Origin: Chthoniobacterales bacterium
GTDB taxonomy: Bacteria; Verrucomicrobiota; Verrucomicrobiia; Chthoniobacterales; Chthoniobacteraceae
Length of the DNA: 64,000 nt
Reading direction: 5' to 3'
Assembly: GCA_038207335.1 (NCBI GenBank)
Contig: JBBQZX010000001.1
Location: forward strand, 32,001-96,000
The notes under the pieces were generated by a model, which was given only the letters and a program-made list of their open reading frames with translations, had not been told where the DNA came from and made no database searches. Position numbers and translations under genes: made by a program. Positions 1 through 9,000 of the stretch are shown here, one piece after another. Every line of letters begins with the position of its first letter. Position 1 is the stretch's first letter.

Positions 1-3000
1 ATGGAGAAGCGTTCGAGGTTTGGTTAAAAAGCGACGTCGTGAGAAAAAGCGTCGTGATCCGATGCACGGCGAGATGCACGGCAAGGGCGGGTGGAGAGAG
101 CAAAATCTCCTGCGGAGTGACGACGAGTGTTCCGCCATTGAGAAGCGCTCCCCACATCTCGAAAGTGGCCGCGTCGAAGCAAACATTCGACGCAAACGCG
201 ACAACGTCATCGGGCTGAAAGTGGACGAAATCGCTGTTGACGACGAGCCTGCTGATGGCGCGATGCGGCACCACGACGCCTTTAGGGACGCCCGTGGAGC
301 CGGAGGTGAAGAGCACATAAGCAGGGCCGTCCGCAGCCGCCGAATCGGGCAGGTCGTCCGCATCTTCGATCGCATCGGGATCGAGCACCCAAGCGCATCC
401 GGCGCGCATCTGCGCGGCTCGCTCAGCCGGTTCAGCGGGATCGAGCGGGACGTAAGCAGCACCCGCTTTCACGATGCCGAGCACACTTTCGATGAACCGC
501 GCCGTGCGCTCCGCGCGCAGGCCGACGAAATGACCGGCGCGGACACCCCGAGCGCGAAGGTGGCGCGCGACACGGCTCGCGCGCCTGTCGAGTTCCGCGA
601 AGCTGATGTTCGCCGCGCCTTCGATCAGAGCGGTGGCGTCCGGTTTGCGCACGACCCACTTCTCGAATTGCGCGCCAATCGTCTCATTTGCCGGGAAATC
701 GCGCGCAGTGTCATTCCAATCCACGAGCATCCGGTGACGCTCCTCCTCGGAGAGCAGCGGCAGCGCCGAAATAGCGGCGGCGGGATCGACAGCGATCGCT
801 TCCAGCAAGTGCCGGAAATGCCCCAGCCAGCGCTCGATCGTTTTGCCATCGAAAAGGTCTGTGTTGAAATCGCAGCGCAGAAAAAGAGCGCCGTCCTTCT
901 CTGAGACATTGAGGAAAAGCTCGGCCAATGCGGTGTCGCGCAGCCCCGCGAACGGCTGCGAGTCCGTGATGAGTTCGACTTCGAGTTCGTGAAGGCTTTT
1001 GCGATAGGTGCCGATTTCGTAGTTGAAAAGGACCGAGAAAATCGGAGCGCGGCTCGGGTCCGAGCGAAGCCCGAGAAGGGGGATGAGATTTGCGAAAAAA
1101 TACCGTTGATGCTCGTGCGCTTCGAGCACGAGGCGGCGATTGCTCGCGAGCAAATCGGCGAACGTTGTGCCGCTCTCGAGGCGGCTCCTAAGCGCGACAG
1201 TGTTTGTCGTATTCGCGAAAAGCTCGCGTCCGCCGATCCGCTCCCGCACAGGATCGGAGAACGGCACTCCGACCACGACATCATCCTGTCCGGTGAGGCG
1301 GTGGAGCAGCGTTTGGAAAGCCGAAAGCAACGTGGTGAACATGGAGCCCCCGTGTCTCGCTCCCGATTTTCGCAGCGCATCGGCGAGGTCGGCGTCGAGC
1401 GTAAGAGATGCGCGACCTCCTCGATGCGTGAGGAGATTTGGGCGTGGACGATCCAGCGGAAGCTCAAGTGGTGGAACGCGGTCGGAAAACTGTGCACGCC
1501 AGAATCGCTCCGCTTCCCGCTGGCCATGTTGCAAAATCTCGCGAGCAAAGGAACTGAGTTGGATTGCCGGGCGCAACGTCCGGCCCTCGCCGCCGAAGAT
1601 CGAAAGCAGGTCGTCGAACAGTGCGACGTACGACGGGCCGTTGCCGAGGATGTGATGGAACGTGAGCAGTAGAACGTGCCGCTCCGACGCGAGTCGGAGG
1701 AGGCGCACATCCATGATCGGCGAATGCGCGAAGTCGAAGCGTATCGCGCGGACCTCCGCGATGGCCGATTCGAGCGTCGCGTCGGAGTGGCACTCGATCA
1801 CGGGCATTTCGATCGTGACCTGTGGATGGACGGTCTGCGTTTCCGACGCCGCGTCGATCGTCGTTCGCAGGGCTTCATGCCGGGCAACCACGGCTTCGAG
1901 AGCGGCGCGCAGTTTGGCGGCGTCGAGCGCTCCTCGAAACTCCAGCGCGGACGTTTCATTGTAAGCGCGGGAAGAGTCGGGGTGCGTCTCGGCGAGCAGG
2001 CAGAGTCCTCGCTGCGCGTCGGTGAGTGGAAAAGTCTCGGGGCATTCGGATGCTGTGGCTAAGCGCTTTCTCAGGCCATCGAGGGCAGGGAGGCTCGCCA
2101 TCACGGCATCCGGATCGATACCGAAATCGACGAGGCAACCCACCTCATCCACCCCTGCCGCGCGCAGCTTTTCCGCGAGCACCGCGCACGATTCCTCCGT
2201 GCCGATAAACGCTTTCTCGTGCGCATAGTCGGTCACCGCGCGGTCGAGCAAAAACTCCAGATCGTCCGCGTTCACATCCGCTTCGCCTCGCTTACTGGCG
2301 CTCTTCTTTTGCGAAATCTCGACGTGCGAGCGGAGATACTCGCGAAGAGGCATCCGCGCGAGTTCCCGCGCTTGCGCTTGGTCGCCGGTGACGAATGTGT
2401 GGAGCAGCATGGTCACATGTCCGCGGTCGTGCCCGGCCCGCGCCCGGGCGTCGCGGTAAATCGCGATCTTCCCCGCGACGTCCTCGACGCTTTGGTTTTG
2501 AAGTTGAGCGAGGATATTCAGCCCCAGCGTACCAGCCGCCTCATACGATTCGGATCGGACACACGTCAGCCAGACAGGCAGTTCGCGCTGCACTGGCATC
2601 GGGAAAAGTCGGACATCAATGGCATTGCCCGTGCCGCCGCGCGCGCTGATCGAATCGCCGCGCCAAAGCGTGCGAATGGTTTCCAGCGAGCGCGTGCATA
2701 TTTCGCGGCGCTGCTCGTATGCATCGGGCGCGAAAACGAAATCATTTGGATGCCAGCCGGACGCGATCGAAATGCCGACGCGGCCATTCGAGAGATTGTC
2801 CACGAGCGACCATTCCTCCGCGACTCGCACGGGATGATGCAGTGGCAGAACGACGCTGCCGGCACGCAGTTGGATGCGCGAAGTCTCGCGTGCCAGCGCC
2901 GCTGCGAGCACCGCGGGATTTGGAGAAAAGCCACCGATCGAGTGGAAATGCCGCTCTGGCAACCAGACCGCCACGAAACCGTTCGCATCGGCAAAACGAG

Positions 3001-6000
3001 TGCTCTCGATGATGAGGTCGTATTTATCGCCGCGATGCGCCGCTGGGTAGTTTCCAAAGAAATAGAGGCTGAATTGCAACTCCGCAGCCGCCTGCGGGCC
3101 CTGATAAACACAGCGTTCCGGTTCCGCATTCGATGTTCCACCTTCCCGCGCTTCGAGCGCCTCGTCATCGACACGCGCTCCCAAAAATCCCCCCGCCTCC
3201 ATCTCAGCCACACTTTCTGAAAACGCTCGGACCAGCGCTGACAAATCGGCCTCCGAGTGGGCCGTGGAAAGAAACAGCAGGCGATTGTCCCATGCGTGAA
3301 TTCCCTTTTCTCGGAGGTGGAAGAAAAAGAGCCCGCCGAACGCGAACTCTGGGTCGAACTTCACGATGAACATCGACCCAAACGACTCCACGCGGATCGG
3401 GCCGTCCGCGGGCAGCACACCTTTCAAATCCGAGACGAGCGCGCTCGTTCGTGCATTCAGCCGCTCCTGCAATGCGCCGCCTTCGTCTCGCAAATGGGAG
3501 AGCATCGCGTGCGATGCGGCCAGCGCGAGTGGATGCCGCACGTACGTCCCGGCGAAAAATGTGACGCCGACGTCCGGCCGCGAGTCGTCGCCGAAATTCC
3601 ACGCGCCGCCGTCGAGCGCATCCATGAATTGTGCGCGTCCGCAGAGCGCGCCGATCGGCATCCCGCCACCGATGATTTTGCCGTATGCGGCGAGGTCGGC
3701 ATGGACGCCAAACCAAGCCTGCGCGCCGCCCGGATGACAGCGGAAGCCGGTAATGACTTCGTCGAAAACGAGCACCACTCCCGATTCGCTGCAGATGCGG
3801 CGCAACTCGTGCAGGAAGTCGCGCGGCTGCAAATCGGGATGCCGGCTTTGCACCGGTTCTACGAAGATCGCGGCCAGGTTGTGGGCGTTTGCGCGGAGGA
3901 TTTCGAGCGACGCGGGAGCGCCGTATTCGACAGCCAAAACTTCGCGTGCGACGTGATCGGGAATGCCCGGCGCGATAGCCACGGTGCGGCGTTCGCCCCC
4001 GACTTTTTTTGCGCGGACGAGGAACTCGTCGTTGATCCCGTGGTAACCGCTGCATGTTGCCACGCGGTCGCGTCCGGTGACGGTTCGAGCGATGCGCGCG
4101 GCGGCAACGGTTGCCTCGGAACCCGTGTTGCAAAAGGCCGCGCGATCCATGCCACTGAATTCGCAAAGCATCCGGGCAACCTCGCCGGCGATTGGCGATT
4201 GCGGTCCAATCTCGATTCCTCGCGCGAGTTGAGCGCCGATTGCGGCGGTGATGAAATCCGGCGAGTGTCCGAGCAGATTCGTGCCGAAGCCCATCGTGAA
4301 ATCGACGTATTCGCGACCGTCCACATCCCACATTTTCGAGCCGGAGGAGCGCTCAACGACGATCGGATAGACGAGTTCCTTCCACAGAGGTCGAAAACCC
4401 GAAATGGACCGTGGATCGGCGAAATGCGGGCGATGCTCCTGGCTGAGCAGCTTGGATTTCGCAGTGAGTGCGGAGTATCGCGAAATGAGCGAGTCGAGAT
4501 GCTGCCGCTGGCGGGCGTTGAGCGTGTCGGAGGCGTCGCGGAGGATCGGGCGGAACGGGCCGTGATTTGCGGGCTCGCTGACAGGAGATGCTGGTGCAGA
4601 GGGCGTTGACAGTCGATCGGAGGCTTTTGAGCGAGTGCCGCTTTCGACATGCGCGGCGATGCGCTCGATCGTGGAGAGTTCTTCGAAAAGCTGGCGGAAT
4701 GCGACGGCGACTCCGAACGATTTCCGGAGCGCGAGCGCGAATTGCGTGAGGAAAAGTGAGTCGCAGCCGAGCTCCAGAAGTGTCGCGGACGGGTCCATCT
4801 TCTCGACCGGGATGCCGGACATTCCATGTAGCAATGCGCGCACATCCCCGAGCGACGGTGCAGCTTCGGGTGCCGCGATTTTGGGCGATACGGGACGCGG
4901 TGTGAATGCGAGTGCGGATGGAGCAGAAACGTCGCGGATGCCGGGTTCAATCCAGAATCGCTCCCGCTCGAACGGATAGGTCGGAAGCTGGACACGGCGT
5001 CGCTTTTCAGCACCGCGGTGGAGCCTCCAATCAATCGGAACACCCGCAAGCCACAGACGCCCGAGCGCTTGGAGCATCGCCGCTTGATCGTGCTCGCGGG
5101 TCGTGCCCAGCGAGGAGATGACTGTGCCTCCGCGCGACTGGCGAGCAAGCGGTGAGAGTGTGACGCCGGGGCCAACCTCGAGCAGGATGTGGCGCGTATC
5201 GACTTTGGAAACGGCGGCGGAAAAACGGACGGTTTCGCGAAGCTGACGCGACCAGTATTCGGGCTCGGTGAAATTTGCCCCGTTGCCCGTGAGGGTAGAA
5301 AACATCGGGATTCGCGGCGCATTGAGCCGCGTGTCGCGTGCGAGCTCGATGAAGGGCGCGAGCACGGGCTCCATCATGCGCGAGTGAAATGCGTGCGAGG
5401 TCGGAAGGTGGGCTGATGCGACCCCGCGGGCTTCCATTTCGCGGGCAAAGGTGGCGACGTTTTCGGTTGGGCCGGAGACTACGCAGAGGCGCGGGGAATT
5501 TACGGCGGCGAGTTCGATGTCTCTGTTGAGATGCGGCGTGAGCTCGGCTTGCGAGAGGCGTACGGCGAGCATCGAGCCGGCAGGAATTTCGCTCATTAGC
5601 CTGGCGCGCCCGGAGAGCAAGTGGAGGGCGTCCTTCAACGAAAACACGCCGGAGAGGCAGGCGGCAGTAAACTCGCCGACGCTGTGCCCAAGCATGGCGG
5701 CAGGCTGCACGCCCCACGATTGCCAGAGCCGCGCCATTGCATACTCCACGGCGAAAATCGCCGGCTGTGCGACCGCGGTGTCGGTCATTTCGCATGTGGT
5801 CGTCGCGGGCGAGTAGAGCGCAACGGTGAGGTCGAGTTGTGGCTTTAGGAGCGCGTCGCACTCGAGCAGCGCATCGCGGAAGACGGGCTCGCTTTCGAAG
5901 AGTTCGCGAGCCATTCCTGGGAATTGCGCGCCCTGGCCGGGGAACATGAATACGACGTCGCCCACGGATGTCTCGGCGACGGAGCTGAAGACGCGATGCG

Positions 6001-9000
6001 GGTCGCGTTTCCCGAGCGCCTCGGCGGCGTCAGCGAGGTCGTGTGCGACAACGATGCGGCGGTGCTGAAACTCGCGACGACCGATCTGAAGCGTGTGTGC
6101 GACGTCTGCGAGATCGAGACCCGGGTTTTCGCGAAAATGCCTCGCGAGGTTGATGGATGCTTGATCCAGAGCGGGTGCGGTTTTCGCGGAGAGGATGAGA
6201 AGTTGCGACCGGCGCGAGAGCGACGAAGGCTCGGAAAGTGGCGCTTCCTCGAGCACGGCATGGGCGTTCGTTCCGCCGATTCCGAATGAACTGACGCCAG
6301 CGCGACGCGGCTCGTTTCTCCGTGGCCATGCGGTGCGCGCGGCGTTCACGACGAATGGGCCATTCGCAAAATCGATCTGAGGATTTGGCGAGTGAAAATG
6401 GAGGCTCGGCGGGAGCAGTTCGCGGTCGAGTGCGAGTGCGGTTTTGATGAGTCCCGCGACGCCCGCGCCCGCGTCGAGGTGGCCGATGTTGGTCTTCACC
6501 GACCCGATGCGGCAGAACGATGCGGCGCTGAATGCACGCGTGAGTGCGGCGATTTCTATGGGATCACCAAGCGCTGTGCCCGTGCCATGCGCCTCGACGT
6601 AATCGATGGTGTCCGCGGTGATGCCCGCCGCCGCGTGAGCGCGTGAAATGACCTCGGCCTGGCCTTCGACGGAGGGCGCTGTGAAGCCGGCCTTCGTCGC
6701 GCCGTCGTTGTTGATCGCGGTCGCTTTGATGACGCTGAAAATGTGGTCTCCGTCGCGTTGCGCATCGCTCAGGCGCTTGAGCACCACGGCTGCGATGCCG
6801 CTCGCGGCGACGCAGCCGCGGGCATTTTCATCGAAGGCGCGGCAGTGACCATCGGGTGATGCGATACCGCCTTCGACATGCACGTATCCCGAGTGCAGCG
6901 GTGAGCGGATGCGGCCACCGCCGACGAGCGCCATGCCGATTTCGCCGGATCGCAGGCTTTGACAAGCGAGATGCAGTGCCACGAGCGAGGAGGAGCATGC
7001 AGTTTGCACGCCGATTGCCGGGCCGCGGAGGTCGAGCTTGTGGGCGATGCGAGTTGGGGCGAAGTCCTTCTCGTTGCCGAGTGTGAGGGCGTATTCCGCG
7101 AGGTGCGGCGCGATGTCGGGGCGAGTGGCGAGGTTGTTCTGGAGGTAGCTGTTGAGCGCGAGCCCGGTGAAGACGCCGATCGGCTCCGCGCTGCGTGATA
7201 CGTCCTGACCGGCGTGCTCAAAGGCTTCCCAAGCGCATTCGAGGAGGATGCGTTGCTGCGGGTCCATGAGTTCGGCTTCGCGCGGTGTGAAACCGAAGAA
7301 TGAGGCTGCAAACCGATCCGCGTCGTCGAGCGTGGCTCCAGCGTTAACGTATCCAGGCTCGGCGAGAACGGTGGACTCGACGCCGGATGCGCGAAGTTCG
7401 TCGGCGGTAAACGGGCGGATTGATTCGACGCCCGCGCAGAGATTCTCCCAAAATGCAGAGACATCGCGCGCGCCGGGAAGGTTGCCCGCCATACCGATGA
7501 TCGCAATGGGTTCATTGGCCACGCGCGCGGCGGGATCTCCAGTCGGTTTTTCGTACCCCAGGGTCGCCGCCAGGCGCCATGTTTCGCCGCAGAGAAAGTC
7601 GTCGCGGAGCACGCCGCGCCAGCCGCCCGCTGCATCGGGATCGATCATTCGATGCGCGTGAAAATGAGGATCGTCGGAAGCAGGCACGGCCTTGGAAGCC
7701 GTCGCGGAATCCGCGCGATATGGATCGAGCACGGCGGAGTCGAATGGGATGCCGAGCGCGCTGAAAATGGCTTCCATGCTTGATCGCGGGTCGGCAACGA
7801 GGTCGGAGAAACGAAGGAAACTCTGCCGCTCGGGAGGAATGGTCGCGAGAAAATCGGCGATATTTCGGTGAGCGATATTCCAGACGACTTCTCCCGCCTG
7901 TCGCGGCGTGAGATCGCCCGCAGACGGCAGATAGACGCGATCCATGCGCTGCTTCTCGAACGAACGAATCACCTCGTACGGGTGACGAGAGAGGTGGATG
8001 TAAAACGCGTTTTCGAAAAGCGCCTCGGCGTGCCGGAGCGCTCCGGGGTCGAGCGTGCAGGAGGGTGATTTCTCGACCAGTTCGCGTGGCTCGATCCACT
8101 CAAGCAGGCGGGCGTAAAATTCGCCGGAGCCGAGATTTTCAAGCTCGCACTGTTCGAGAATCTCGCTGGCCTGCCGGTCATCGCAGTTCTTGATCTCGGC
8201 AATCGCGCGTAGGATTCCGTCGCGAGAAAATGCCCCGGATTGAGCGAGCGTCTCGGTGCCGAGGAGGCGGAGCTCGGATGCGGTAAAGAGGCCGGGATGC
8301 CGGTGGAGCATCGCGCGGAGCAGGGTGGTGCCGGAGCGCGGAGGCGCGAGGATGAAAATGGCGCGACGATTTCGCGGTTCGCCGGCGTGGGAAGCAGGCT
8401 GGAATGTCGGCAGTGAGGCGCGCACCCGCTCGATCATTGAGGAAGTGACGCGCGACTCATGCGCCGAAGTCGCGGATGTGTCTTCGCCGAAAGCACGGGC
8501 GATGGCCGCCGGATAGTGCTTTTGGAGGTATCCCGCGAGGAGCGCAATGGTGGGCGCCTCAAACATCGCGACGACGAACACCGGCTCGCCGATCCTTTGC
8601 TGGAGCTGCTGGACGAGCGTCGCGGCGCGGAGTGAATCGCCGCCGATTTCAAAAAAGCGGTCGTCGATTCCGATGCGATCGATGTGAAGGGCGTCGCGCC
8701 ATTCGCTCGCGAGATAATGCTCGAGCGCGGTGCGCGGTGGGGTGAACGCGGTGGCGACCTCGGGGCGTTCGCGCGTCAGGGGAGGCAATGCGGCGCGGTC
8801 AATTTTGCCGTTCGGTGTGAGCGGGAATTCATCCATTCCAGCGAATACCGAGGGCATCATGAACGCGGGAAGCTGTGCAGCGACAAGCGCGCGCAGATCA
8901 TTGATCGACGCGCTTTTCGGAGAAAAATAAGCTACAATCTGTGACTCGCCGCGGACGACTACGGCCGCAGTGTGAACGGTCGAATGCGTCTGGAGGACGG

